From: Bugula neritina
Lineage: Eukaryota; Animalia; Bryozoa
DNA length: 64,000 bases
Direction: 5' to 3'
Assembly (NCBI GenBank): GCA_964035545.1
Contig: OZ037766.1
Location: 28,751,673 to 28,815,672, forward strand
Position 1 is the first letter of the stretch. Every line of letters begins with the position of its first letter. Below the pieces are notes generated by a model, which was given only the letters and a program-made list of their open reading frames with translations, was not told the DNA's origin and did not search any database. Position numbers and translations under genes: made by a program. Of the stretch, positions 1 to 13,911 are shown one piece after another.

Positions 1-364
1 TGAAGTTTAAATATACCAACTATATATATTATTGTTATGCTCATATTGATATTAAATTTGCAAAAAATTAGTTATGGCTTCTCTCAATATTGCAGTTGCA
101 ACATAAATAACTTTTATAAAATTTAAAGTACTGCATGCTTTACAATTTTTTGTGTTTGTTTTTGGTTGCATGTTATTGAAGTTTAACCATGGGCTTTAAA
201 ATAACCAAGATTTAAAAATAGCTACATCTGACATTTTCTGTACAAAACATGTTTTTCCATTGCTATATACCTGTAAGTCGACTGATGTTATAAATTATAA
301 TTAAACACACTTCTAGTATGAAATGAAAAAGATAACAAGCAGACTTTTTAATGAGTGTTAAAGT

Positions 365-700
365 AACTATATACTACTATATATACTGCTACATGCTACT
401 ACTACCACCACCACCACCACTATATACCACTACTATACCATGCACTACTACCACCATTACCACCACTATACTACCACTACTACCACCATCATCACTACCA
501 TAACTACTATTAGTGTTATTGCTACCACTACTGCTGCTATTGCTGCTGCTACTGCAACTGCTACTACTATACTATAGTATTACTATTACTACTACTGCTA
601 TAGTGCTACTACTACTGCTATTACTACTGCTATTACTACTGCTACTATTACTACTATTACCGCTAGGCTACCGCTACTGCTACTAATACTGTTGCTGCTG
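365..700. repeat. Degenerate (ACT/ACC/GCT)n trinucleotide tract in intron 2 of copy 1
   Basis: Seen directly; homologous tracts occur in intron 2 of copies 2 and 5. Confidence 0.85.
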
Positions 701-767
701 AGTGTTATACATGCAGCTACATCATCTATAATAGTTAAAAAGTTGACCTGTTAAAACACTTTATCAG

Positions 768-2666
768 GTGTTCGGGGCATTGATGGGAAAGATGGAAAAG
801 ATGGAGGTGATGGAAGAGATGGAAGAGATGGAAGAGATGGTAGTGATGGAAATGATGGTAGTGATGGAAGAGATGGTAGTGATGGGAAAGATGGGGCAGC
901 TGGTCTAAATGGCCGTGATGGTGAGTAATAAAAAATATAAAAAAAGCAAAACTATTTTCTGCATTTATACTATATATATAATTGGTAAATTCATAATGTG
1001 CATATAATATGTAAACAAATTGCTACCAATGTATCTTTTAGAAAATTATTAAGTGCTATAGTTATAATTTAAAAAGTAATTACCCAATTCTCTTCACTGA
1101 CAGTATTCTGCTAACTTCACAACTGCTGTGAAAAGTTTTTGCCTTACTTTGAAGAAATGAAAGTTTCTTTCATTTGAACAGAAGTTACACAAAATCAAAA
1201 AGAAGTTACATAAAATTATAAATTAAATAAAATAATGCACAAAGATTTTTCTCCAGAAGTAATTTTTTACTGAATATTTCTGCATAGAAGTTTACTCTGT
1301 ACTATCATTTGAGTTCATTATAAGTTTTTGCAATCATAGCTGTCTACAATAATTTTAATATGCTAAAAACTCACCCAAGTATTTAGCTTAGCATTTATTA
1401 ATGACAATGTTTTAACATTGCAAAGCAAAGACTAACTAGTTTTGAAAAAGAGAATTGACATGAAATTTTGCTACAGGCAGAGAAGGAGCACCAGGTTCTC
1501 CAGGTGCTCCTGGATTGAAAGGTGCTCTTGGACCGAAAGGAGAGCCAGGTAAATTAAAGAATCACTAAAAAAGTTAATGAAGGATTATATTTGAGAAATT
1601 CCAGTGTGCCATAATATTACATAATGTTTAAGTTTCATCTCACAGGGTTGAAAGGAAATCAGGGATTTAAAGGATCTCAAGGAGGGAAAGGAGAGAAAGG
1701 AAACACTGGTAGCACAGGATCAACTGGTCTAAGAGGAGCAACTGGTGCTCGTGGAGTGCCAGGAACTAATTTTGAAGGAGGTGCTGTGTACACCAGATGG
1801 GGGAGGACTAGTTGCAGTGCTGGCTCAACTAGACTTTACAAAGGTGTGTTTTTCATAACATAATTTAAGTTTAGACTGCAAGTAAATTTTAACAAATATA
1901 TAGTTGTGATGTAAAAAAAGCACAAGTTCGGCTAATAAAGTTATTTATATTTATCAAAACCATTTTGTATCACAGGCTTTGCTGGAGGATCACATTTTAC
2001 CCACACTGGGGGTGGAGTGAACTATCAGTGTATGCCAACTGACCCACAATATAACAGAGCATACACTGGATCTTTTCAAGGCTCTTGGATTTATGGAGCA
2101 GAATATCAATCTTATAGTTATGGAATATTCTCCAGTTCAGCTTATAACCAGAATGTACCATGTGCCAGATGTTATACAGAGAACAGACCAGCTCTTATGA
2201 CGATTCCAGCTAAGAGATCTTGTCCATCTGGGTGGACAGAAGAGTATGAAGGTAATTCATAACATAAACACAACCTCTTTAAATTATTGATGCAGTGACC
2301 TTTTTAAAATATGTGACTCAATTGTTACGACAAAAATGGAATTTTCTTCAATTTTTCTTAAAAATCTAATAAACTTTAAATAATGAAAAATACTTAATAA
2401 TATAAACCTTTTACTTTAAAAAACAATATGATTGTCTTCAAATTTTATTTTCAGGTTATTTAATGGCTGATCGTCATAACCATGCCCGCGCGGGAACATA
2501 TGAGTGCGTAGATCAGTATCCTGAGTATATCACAGGGCTGAGTAGTGACACAAATGGAGCTCTGTTCTACTTTGTCAGAACTGATTGCTCTGGAGATGGA
2601 ACTACTGGACATTGTCCACCATATGACGCAAACAAACAGCTTACTTGTGTTGTTTGTTCTAAATAA
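768..2666 (+). CDS. Short-chain collagen (spongin short-chain collagen/C4-like) copy 1; exons 1-2 lie upstream of the window
   Basis: GT-AG exons 768-920, 1477-1548, 1646-1843, 1976-2251, 2455-2666, all joined in phase 1. 39 Gly-X-Y triplets followed by the YTRWGR...LTCVVCSK Cys-rich domain. The exon 4 donor at 1549 was created by a deletion (see findings). Confidence 0.85.
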
Positions 2667-3969
2667 ACAGTTTAGTGATGATGAGAATGTAATAGGTTTC
2701 ATAGCAGTAAATAAGTATTCTAAATAATTTTTTTAACAAAATTTTTATCTAAAACTGCTAGAGCTATGTAATATTTTCTAACCTAAGATAACATGATGTG
2801 TTTTACTGACCTAAAATTTCTAATTGTAATATATAAACAAAAATATTTAATGAAAATATGTTCTAAATACACTAACAATTGATGAAAACTCAGGTCACTG
2901 ATTTCTATAGAATATATATTGATCATATACAGGTAAAAAGAAAGAGTATACATCTGAAAAATTAGTTTAATGACTCACAGAGTTTCTATACTTCTGCAAA
3001 CTAAATGAACAATCCATCATACTGTAAACAGTGCAGCATATGCATATGATAAGTGATGTCAATGAAAAAGGTCTCTGTAAATTATTTGCTTTAGAGCTTT
3101 GATTGTTAAATTTGTTTCTCAAATTTGAAGAAGCGTCTTTTGTTACCGGTTTTGCTTTTCTATTACTTCAGAAACCCTGCAAAATTTCTGCATAGCCATA
3201 TGTTAAGTTCAGGGAATTTCTAGGCTCTTAGTTAACCAAATAGAAGATATAATGGCTCTATATATCTATTTGGGTGCATGGTGCATTCGTTATTGTCTAG
3301 AACCTAAAGTTTGTAAGCTAATAACTAAAAATGTTTTTTCTTTGTTGTATTTAGTGGCAAGTAGTAGTTGGTTGAAGAATGCAGGCACTGTTACCTCTAA
3401 ATACAAGTACATCTAATAAATACTTCACTCAACATTATTATGTCCTTACTCTAAAAATCCACTTGCTTTAACTACATGTCCTAGTGCAAACATTTATTTT
3501 TAAAGAGTTCCACTTCAAACAGCTTCTTACTTGAGTCTTTGACCAGTAGTTTGAAGTTCACATTACTTAATGTTGGCTGTCTTAGAACTTCCTGAACTCA
3601 GTTTTCAAAAATGTCTTATGTGTCACCTAACACAGATTAGCCAAACAAACTAAAGACATGAGAGAAGTAGTCTCAGCAAAAAATTTAATAAAATAATTTA
3701 TGCTTTAAGGCTCAGTATTTTAGTTAAGCTATTATGAAATAAAATTTGAAGACATAAAAGAAAAGCATACCTAAACTCAATAAGCTAATATAAAAGAATA
3801 AAATATTTCTATTATTCTGAAAATAAACTTGTACTCAGAACTGATGATTAGATCAGATAACATTCAATTGAGTAATAGGTTTCTACTCTGAAAAGAAAAA
3901 CTATTTGCATTAACTATACAATGTATTTTTATATGTAAAAAGTTACTTCCAAAGACAAAGTAAAATGAA

Positions 3970-4195
3970 AAGCATACTTAAAATAAATATGCATGCATTT
4001 ATATAAAAAGAATACCTGGAGTTCGTTTGCATGAGTTTATGTAAAAAGAATAAAATATTTCCATTATTTTGATATTAAACTTGTACTCAGAACTGATGAT
4101 TGAATCAGATAACACTGAATGTGACTACATACTGATGATTATTAGTTATTCTAAGAGCTGATATATGAACCAGGAACTTCCTTCTTAAACTGATA
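3970..4195. repeat. Conserved ~170-bp intergenic element (partial extra copy at ~3765-3865)
   Basis: Core ...ttgtactcagaactgatgattgaatcagataacactgaatgtgac..atactgatgattattagttattct..gagctgata recurs in every intergenic interval. Confidence 0.85.
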
Positions 4196-4951
4196 ACCTC
4201 AATATACAGGCTAATAGAAACACCTGGATGTATATGTTCTACACTGTCATTAATATATTATGCAATATTCTAATATTATATTTGGAAAGATACATGTAGT
4301 CTAATAAAACCACCTGGTTGTTTTTTTATACATTTCTTTACTATTGCAAGAAAAAATAAAGTTTCATGTAAGCAAAAATACTATAGAATATTGATTTTTT
4401 TCACAACAAAATTCTAAGAATTTTATTTTTAGTAATGCTAGTAAACAATAACACTGTAGTGATTGTAAACAGTAGCAATTAGTGACAGTAATAGATAACA
4501 ATTTAATTAGTGACAATGGGCATTAACAATGATATATAGTAAGCACAGAGAAGTGTGGTGAAAGTAAACAATAACATGGTAGTGATAATAAATACAATAA
4601 TGTACTGATAGTGAACCACATTATTATATCTATAAGTGAAAATCAATTTCTCTTTCCCTGCATCTACCTATTGAGTTTATAACAGAAGCAACTTTCATGC
4701 TGATGTATAAGTACAAATTTATAGCCCAAAACTTTAGAACTATATATTTGAACATTTACTACTATAATATTGCTACTAAAACATGCATGCATATATATGC
4801 AAGTATTTTCTGCCATTAGCAACGCCAGTTGAAACTATTGGGAAGAGCTTTTAGCAAAGAGGTAGCAATGAAGTGCAGTATATTTCCATGATGGAGTATT
4901 AGAAAACTGGTTAACTTACTATAATATATTATAGAGAAATCCTATAGAATT

Positions 4952-5110
4952 AAAGCATACCTAAAATTACTTTACATGAGTTAATATAAAAAGAATAAAA
5001 TATTTGTATTATTCTGATAACAAACTTGTACTCAGAACTGATAATTGAATCAGATAACACTGAATGTGACTACATATTTATGATTATTAGTTATTCTATG
5101 AGCTGATAAC
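4952..5110. repeat. Conserved intergenic element copy
   Basis: Same core as 3970-4195; followed by the X-type promoter region of copy 2. Confidence 0.85.
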
Positions 5111-5417
5111 ATCAGGAAGTTAGGTTCTCTTTTCCAAAATATTTGTAGAAACGTCCTCTTTAGACAGAAATTGAATGCAAAGTATAAAACATTGCATAAA
5201 AGTGTTTTCGACGCTTAGAGGTGTTATTCTACAATTAAACCTTGAGTATATAACGTACAGATTACTATGGTACACAGTCTAAAGTTGAAAGTGATAGCTA
5301 TATAGGATTAATGAAGATCCTCATAATCAATAAAAAAGAACATACTATATATTGAGTTGCAAAAGTTAGTTATAAATATTTGTAATTATGGTCAATTAGG
5401 CACTAGCTAGTTTAGAC

Positions 5418-5773
5418 CAGGGCTGTCCAACCTTTTCAGAGCAATGTTTACTGAAATGGAATTTTCCGGTGGTGAGGGCCAAATTGTAAAATTTAGCTTA
5501 TTGAGCTGGGGGGTGGGGTATGGTATTAGTATATTTAGATTACTTTCTTCCAATCTCCTACGAATCATGATGTCAATGAAATCCCAATTACTGCACGCTG
5601 CATGTTTTGTAGCCTTTGTATAAGTAAAACATTTAAAAGTTAATTTTCCCACTCTAATTCATATATGTGTGAAAACTAGTTTTATTTGTTAAATACCACG
5701 CCTTCGAGGGCCACATAAATGTAGGCTGGGAGTCCATCTGGCCCTGCATGAGGCTGCCTGTTGGACAGCCTTG
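5418..5773. mobile_element. Non-autonomous hAT (Charlie-like) MITE upstream of copy 2
   Basis: 14-bp TIRs CAGGGCTGTCCAAC / GTTGGACAGCCTTG (1 mismatch), subterminal GGGCC/GGCCC motifs, and degenerate nnnTAGAn-type flanks. A paralogous copy sits at the same position upstream of copy 5. Confidence 0.65.
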
Positions 5774-6070
5774 TACTATATAATAGACTTTAAAGATTGT
5801 TGCAAATCCAATCACCCAATAACTTGTTAACAGTCAAAAAGCTAACAAAACTTCAATAGAATGCTGCAATGCTAAAATATAATTTACACTTCAAACTTGA
5901 TAAAAATAAAAAAATGAACTGCAGTCTTCAAAAGTTAAAAAAGCACAAAAACTAGTGACAATAAGAAGTATTGTATATATTATTGTAACAGCTGAAGACT
6001 TATTTCAACTTTATTAACAAACTGAATAGAGTAGAGAGATTGATTACACAGCACCTGGGTCCAGCCAATT

Positions 6071-6112
6071 GATGTGACTTGATCATTGGCTCCTTGTGAA
6101 CATAAAGGTTGT
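6071..6112 (+). promoter_or_regulatory. Putative core promoter of copy 2 (inverted CCAAT plus TATA-like)
   Basis: Block GATGTGAC..GATCATTGGCTCCTTGTGAA(C/T)ATA(A/G)A is conserved 150-190 bp upstream of the ATG in all four copies that show exon 1, even between otherwise divergent X and Y upstream types. Confidence 0.55.
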
Positions 6113-6263
6113 ATCAATTCTGTTTATAGTCATAATAGGGTTGATATCAGCTGATCGATGCTATCAAAGAAGACTCAAAGAATAAAGTGATTTAGAAAGT
6201 TTTAAAGTGTTAATAATTGTGCTTTAATTTCATAAATGTTTTGTTAAAAGAACACCATAAAAA

Positions 6264-9200
6264 ATGCGTGTTCCAGTAGTAACTTTGGTCACACTCTGTT
6301 CTCTGATTGGATACTCAGCTGGTGTTGGAAGTTATGATGTAGAGGGTGTTAGAGAGTTGTTGGCAGAGCAAAGAGAAGAGCTAAAAGAAGAGCTGACTGT
6401 TATCCTGAAGCAAGAGGTTGAAGCTTTACAACAAGAATTAGAGCTTCAACAGAAAACTAATGAAGAACTGCAAGCAACAGTTTACTCCTTACTCAAAGCT
6501 GTAAGTTAGAACTAAATACTTGCAACTTTAAACAAGCAAAACATTTTTTTCACACACTCTGTTGCTGTTTGTTCAAATTGAAATCAAAAGCTTTAAAGTT
6601 AATGCTGTTTGAGTTTGTTATATGTGAAGAGCTGCATACAATAATTTATTTATATTTATTTGAATGTTTGAAAGTTGTTAATAGCTCTGGTAGGTTACTC
6701 AGTTTTATTAACTTATATTTTAAGTTGCTCACTGGGGAATTGCCTAAAGCAGAAAACTTTAAAAAGACAGATAAGGAAAAGTTTTCAAGTTTGCTGGAAC
6801 AGATCTGCATATTTGGTGAGCAGTTAACTTGAATTACAAATATAACAATTTAACTTTGACTAAACTAAGTTATACTGTGGAGATATTTCTGAAGTTTAAA
6901 TATACCAACCATTGTTGTTATGCTCATATGAGATTGAATTTGCAAACAATTAGTTATCATGTATGGCTTCTCCCAATATTGCAAAATCAACCATGCATAA
7001 CTTTAATGAAATTTAAAGTACTGCATGTACGTATGCTTTACATTTTTTTGTTTTCGTTTTTCGGTTGTGCGTCACTGCAGTCTATAACCATGCACTTTAA
7101 AATAACCAGTTTCAAAAAAAGCCACATCTTGCAATTGTTGTACAAAATATTTTTTTCCATTAAGTTATCATAATAATAAGCTGTAAGTTGACTAATGTTA
7201 TGAAATACAATTAAACACACATCTAGTATAAAATAAAAAAGACAACATGCAGGCTGTTTTATGAGTGTTAAAGTAACCACTACTGCTACCACTACTACCA
7301 TCACTACCATTACTAGTATAACTACTACCACTACTACTACCACTATATTATTGCTACTACCACTACTACTACTATCCCTACTACCGCTACCACTACTACC
7401 ACTACCACCACTACTGCCACTACTACTACCACTACTACCACTATCACTACTATCACTACTACCACTACTGCTACTAAAACTATAATACTACCACTACTAT
7501 AACCATTACTACCATCACCACCACTACCACTACTACTATAACTACTACCACTACCACTATACCATCACTACTACCACTACTATAACCACTACCACTACTA
7601 CCACTACTGCCACTAAAACTATAATACTACCACTACTATAACCACCACTACTACTACTACTATAACTACTACCACTACCACTACTATCACTACTACCACT
7701 ACTGCCACTACTATAATACTACCACTACTATAACCATTACTACCATCACCACCACTACCACTACTACTATAACACTACCACTACCACTATACCATCACTG
7801 CTCCCACTACTACCACTACTACCACTACTACCACTACCACCACTACTGCCACTACTACTACCACTACTACCACTATCACTACTATCACTACTACCACTAC
7901 TGCTACTAAAACTATAATACTACCACTACTATAACCATTACTACCATCACCACCACTACCACTACTACTATAACTACTACCACTACCACTATACCATCAC
8001 TGCTCCCACTACTACCACTACTACCACTACTACCACTACTACCACTACTACCACTACTACCACTACTACCACTACTACCACTACTACCACTACTACCACT
8101 ACTACCACTACTACCACTACTACCACTACTACCATTACGATGACCATCACCAATAATGCTACTGCTACCGCTGCCCTGCCTCTGCTATTCTTACTACTAC
8201 TACTGCTACTATTACTACTACTAACACTGTTGCTGCTGAGCATTACACAGCTACATTATCTGTTTTAAAAAATAACCAGTTAAAACACTTGATCAGGTGT
8301 TCGGGGCATTGATGGGAAAGATGGGATAAATGGAAGAGATGGAAGAGATGGTAGTGATGGGAGAGATGGTACTGATGGAAAAGATGGGGCAGCTGGTCTA
8401 AATGGCCGTGATGGTGAGAAATAACAAAAACAAGGCATTTTTCTGCATTTACTATATTGCTAAAATTATAGTGTATGCATATAATATGTAAATGAATTGT
8501 TACAAATGCATCTTAAAAAAATTATTAGGTGCATGCTAGTTATAATTTAAAAAGTAATTACCAAATTCTCATCACTGACAGTATTCTGCTAACTTAAGAT
8601 AACTGCTGTGAAAAATTTGTTCCTTACTTTGAAGAAATGAAAGTTTCACTCATTTGAAAAAAAGTTACATAAAATTATGAATTAAATAAAATAATTTGCA
8701 TGAACAGTTTTCTTCAGAAGTAAAATTATACCGAATGTTTCTTCATAGAAATTTACTCTGTACTACTACTTGAGTTCATGATGAATTGTGGCAATCACAG
8801 CTATCTACAAAAATTTGAATGAACAAAGAAAACTCATTCAAATATTTAGCTTAGCATTTGTTAATGACAATGTTTTAACATTGCAAAACAAAGACTATAA
8901 ATAGTCTTAAAAAAAGTGACATAATGAAATTTTTGCTACAGGCAGAGATGGATCACCAGGCTCTCCAGGTGCTCCTGGACTGAAAGGTGCTCTTGGACCA
9001 AAAGGAGAGCCAGGAGGTATTGGAAGTGTTGGGAGAGATGGTTTACCAGGTGCTCCTGGATCTAAAGGAGACAAAGGTTCATCAGGTTTAGCTGGACATA
9101 AAGGAGAGAGAGGAGAACAAGGACCCCAAGGAAACCCTGGCATTGATGGTGAAAAGGGGGAAACTGGTGCTAAAGGAGTGCAGGGTGCTATTGGAATAAA

Positions 9201-11335
9201 AGGTACGAAAGGGAGAAAGGAGTTTTGTGTGCCACAGGTCTAACCCTATACGGATCAGTTGGTCATGCCAGCCTTTTAAAATTGTTTGGGTGCATCCACC
9301 CTGAAAAATATCCAAAGCATATTACACTGACTTTCAATGCCTATAGCTTTGGGTTAAATTGCTCACTTTTTGTTTAACAATGCAGGGTAATAGCTTGCAG
9401 ATAATCTTAGAAGTATTTAAATGAGTTTAATGAGAAACAATAAAGTTACCCGCGCTATTAATTATAAATTCTCTACTAACCCGTAAATTTTAGAAATATT
9501 TATTGTAAATACACTAGGTACTGTAGCAAAAACCTGTTTAGGTTGCCCTATTTTTTGTTTACTTAATACTCTTATGTTAGCTTTCTAGTTTATGTATGGT
9601 CACTATCAGAAGCTTATTTAAATTGAATTGCTGTAGCTGGAGTTGTGATCCCTGTCATTTTATGATAATTCTTTCAAATAGAGCATATTATAGAGAAAGT
9701 GTTTGTGCAACAAATCCAAAATGGCCAACAACTCTTGCCGCTGAATTATATTTAAATAAGCTAAATTGAACTATCACAAAAAAAGTTAATGGAAGATTAT
9801 ATTTGAGAAAATTCAGTGTGCCATTATGTTACATAATGTTAAGGTTCCTAATACAGGGTTAAAAGGGTCTCAAGGAGTGAAAGGAGAGAAAGGAAACACT
9901 GGTAACACAGGATCAACTGGTCTAAGAGGAGCAACTGGTGCTCGTGGAGTACCAGGAAGTAACTTTGAAGGAGGTGCTGTGTACACCAGATGGGGGAGGA
10001 CTAGTTGCAGTGCTGGTTCAACTAGACTTTACAAAGGTGTGTTATTCATAACATAATTGAAATTTAGACTGACAAGTATATTTTTTAACAAATTATGTAT
10101 AGTTGTTTGGTAAAAAAGCACAAGTTCAGCTAATAAAGTTATCTATTGTTGTGAATTGATTGGGTTCACAAGATGTGTGGGTATTTAAGATGATGCTATG
10201 CAGATTAACAATCTAGAGTGTTTAGTATAGAGAAAAGATTTATTGTATGCAAATGATATAACTGTAAGTGAAAAAGATACAAGAAGGAATAAACTACATA
10301 ATTGTTAGTATGAACGCAAACAACTTAGTTAAACCAGCTCCACTTTACGCGGAGCTGGCGCATCATGGTCCTTTTATACCAGAGCAGCTGTTGTAATGAA
10401 ATATTGATAAGGTGCTAATTAGCCAATCCGTATGGTGTGATAACTATTCAATGCGGCGGGAGATAGCGTATTGTTGTCATTAGGTTGGGAGGTAGCTCAG
10501 CGTGTCGTCAGGACTAACTCTAATGACTACGCTAGTGTAGCAATGTGTAGCAATGTGTAGCATGGGGCTTCTAATTGAACCACAAATCTTTACACCATTA
10601 TACTGTATTAAAGTCTAAATCATTATTATTTAAATCAAAACTGTTTGGTATCACAGGCTTTGTTGGAGGATCATATTATACGGACAGTGGTGGTGGAGTG
10701 AACTATCAGTGTATGCCCCCTGACCCGCAGTATAACAGGGTGAACACTGGGTCTTTTTATGGCTCTTGGATTTCTGGAACAGAATATGAATCTAATCCTT
10801 ATGGAATATTCCCCAGTACAGCTCATGACCAGAATGTACCATGTGCCAGATGTTATACTGAGAACAGACCAGCTCTTATGATGATTCCAGCTAAGAGATC
10901 TTGTCCATCTGGGTGGACACAGGAGTATGAAGGTAATTCACAGTACAAAACCAAATTCTTTTTATTGTCAACAAATTCAAACACAACCTATATGAGCTGT
11001 AGCCTTCAATTCTCAATACATTGACATAACATCCATATGCTTTTAAACTTTTTTTCATAGAAATCTAATGACATTTTGATAAATTATAAAGAAGCTTTAT
11101 AAAATTGTTTTAAACTTTGTTAGGTTACCTGATGTCTGAGCAACATAATCATGCTCACCCAACTACATATGAGTGTGTAGATCAATATCCTGAGTATATC
11201 ACTGGGATGAGTGGTAATACAAATGGAGCATTGTTCTACTTTGTCAGAGCTAACTGTTTAGGAAGTGGAACTACGGGACAATGTCCACCATATCTTGACA
11301 AGAAACAGCTTACTTGTGTTGTTTGTTCTAAATAA
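6264..11335 (+). CDS. Secreted short-chain collagen (spongin short-chain collagen/C4-like) copy 2, complete, ~457 aa
   Basis: Exons 6264-6500, 6725-6815, 8297-8413, 8942-9202, 9857-10036, 10657-10932, 11124-11335 (sum 1374 nt, in frame, GT-AG). Signal peptide [20 protein letters not shown], coiled coil, EQICIFG Cys, 54 Gly-X-Y triplets, Cys-rich C-terminal domain. Confidence 0.9.
7275..8240. repeat. Expanded (ACTACCACT)n-type low-complexity tract in intron 2 of copy 2
   Basis: Seen directly; near-perfect 9-mer run at ~8010-8132. Confidence 0.9.
10147..10594 (-). mobile_element. Solo LTR (Gypsy-like, 448 bp) in intron 5 of copy 2
   Basis: Insertion absent from the paralogous introns. TGT...ACA termini and 4-bp TSD CTAT/CCAT. 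Minus-strand TATA (GGTATAAAAG, ~10380-10371) followed by AATAAA (~10243-10238). Confidence 0.7.
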
Positions 11336-12504
11336 TTGTGTGTTTAATCAGAAGAGACTTACATATCCAATTAATATTTAACTGCTGAATTTTTTTAACC
11401 TTTAATGACCTTTATCTGCTCAATTAGCTTAAATTATTTAATAAGTGCACAAAAAGCAATGCTAAAAAACTGAATATAATGATATTTATAAGGAAATCAA
11501 CATATATATAAAATTACTTTTCTTGTTCAAATTAATTTTTTATATGCCTGTAGGATATTGAGTATTCGAATACAATGTTTTAAATACACCAAGATTAAAT
11601 ATATATATTTCATTGATTTTTATTGACTCTGTTAAAAATAGCATATCTGAAGCCAAAATCTTAATTATAATTTAATAAGTCCCAACTTTTGCAAAATGAA
11701 GGAACAACTAATATAAAAGAAACCTTTCTGCACATGCATGTGCTAAGTGATGTCAGAGAAAGGGGCGTGGTCTGTGAATAATTCACTTTAGACTTTTGAG
11801 CTTTGGCACTTGAGTTTTTTTTCAAATTTGAAACCAAATTGCCAAAGATAATATTTTCTACCGTTTAAAAAAATCTGAAAAATTATTTTGCATACTAGAT
11901 TAGTTTTAATGAGTTGTTAGATTCTTATAGTTGAATTCTTTAGTTTTTATGTATAATGGGTTTATCTCTGTTTGGGTGATGCTTGTGTTACTGTGTAGTA
12001 ATGAAGGTCTGCAGGATAGTGCTGTAAAATATCTTTTCTTAGTTGTTTTCAGTGACAGCTATCAGTAAAGTTTGTTTTTAGTGCTCGTAGCCTAGTATAT
12101 AGTTTGTTGCAGGTGCTCCAATTTCAAAATATTTCATGGTACCTATATATAGCAATAATTAACTCAATAAGTTGAAAAGAAAAACCACTTTACGTCAGCT
12201 ACATATGTCTCAATGTAAGCAAATTACTTCAAAGACTTCAGTTTTAAACAGCTTTTGGCTTCAAAATGTAGCTATTCTTTAAAACTCACACGACTTGATG
12301 TTGACTGTATTAGAAATACTTAGGCTTTATTTGGAAACTATTGTATTTGTAACTATAAATGCACAGCTTAAAACAAGTTAAAGCAAAATATATACCTACA
12401 AGAAACAATTGTAGTTTTGGAAAATTGCCAACATGAAAATCTAATATATTTCCATCACAAGCCTTTGTATTTTAGTTGAGCTTTTTATGAGATTATTGAC
12501 ATAA

Positions 12505-12695
12505 AAGCAAGGCAGTATCGAAAATTAATTTACATGAGTTTATATTAAAAGAATAAAATATTTCTATTATTCTGATAATAAACTAAAGCTCAGAACTGAT
12601 GATTGAATCAGATAACACTGAATGTGACTGAATACTGATAATTATTAGTTATTCTATGAGCTGATATGAACCAGGAACTTCCTTCTTCAACTGAA
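12505..12695. repeat. Conserved intergenic element copy
   Basis: Same core; ~94% identical by eye to 18585-18745. Confidence 0.85.
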
Positions 12696-13348
12696 TACCT
12701 CAATATACAGTCTAATAGAAACACCTGGATGTTATATATGTTTTACACTGTCATTATGTGACATATACAAACACAATAATGCTAATCTGAACTAAAAACT
12801 TCATTCGTAAACTAAAATTAAATGCTGAGTATATGAAAGTCATATAAAGTGTTTGCTACACTGGAACAAGTTATTCAACAACTAAACTCGAAGTATATTG
12901 TACAGCTATCTATAGCAGAGTGGTATATATTAGGAGTGTTGACATTAGGAAATCTTACGGGATCATATGGGCGCCATTATGCCGAGATTGGTACCGCGAG
13001 TTTATATAAGTTATAAAGGAAAAATTTTTCCACTTTTGTTATTTTATTTTTTTTCTAATTTATGTGTACATTTTTTTTTAGTTTTGTTTATTGATAAAAT
13101 TTTTAAACATATTTTTATTGCACATAAAATTAAAAGAAAAATTAAAACTCACTCATTCACATAAATACAAAGCTATAAAGTTTAAGCTTCGCTGTGATTA
13201 CAATGTGAATATAAATTGAATAATGCTTGCAATAACCAATTACACAAAAGACGTTACAGTTGCTATAAATGTAAAACTAGTAATTTGGGTGCAAATAGGA
13301 ACGGTAATACTACTTAATTTATGCTATTTTTAAAATTTGTAGTGAAAT

Positions 13349-13814
<466 letters not shown>

Positions 13815-13850
13815 ATTAGAAGAAATAAAATGAGATTTGATTAATATAAT

Positions 13851-13911
13851 GGCATTTATTACTAGTAGTTTCGTACACAAGAACGATGTGCACTCGTCAG
13901 ATAAATTAGCC
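13851..13911 (-). ncRNA. Type I hammerhead ribozyme (left-arm copy)
   Basis: Exact reverse complement of 14508-14568. Confidence 0.8.

Noticed and set aside
3840-4165. CTGATGA motifs in the conserved intergenic element as hammerhead ribozymes, or the element as a CRISPR-like repeat
   Set aside because: No GAAA core after a stem II. The copies are kilobases apart in eukaryotic DNA, with no regular spacers and no cas genes.
7038-8243. Poly-Val/Thr/Leu ORFs (also 27423-28012)
   Set aside because: Intronic trinucleotide tracts.
8907-9315. Minus-strand Pro-rich ORFs (also 62974-63204, 2460-2702, 16701-16892, 22822-23004, 38372-38563)
   Set aside because: Antisense shadows of collagen-gene exons.
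12930-13320. Possible DNA transposon end starting TAGGAGTGTTG
   Set aside because: No partner TIR or TSD found in the window.
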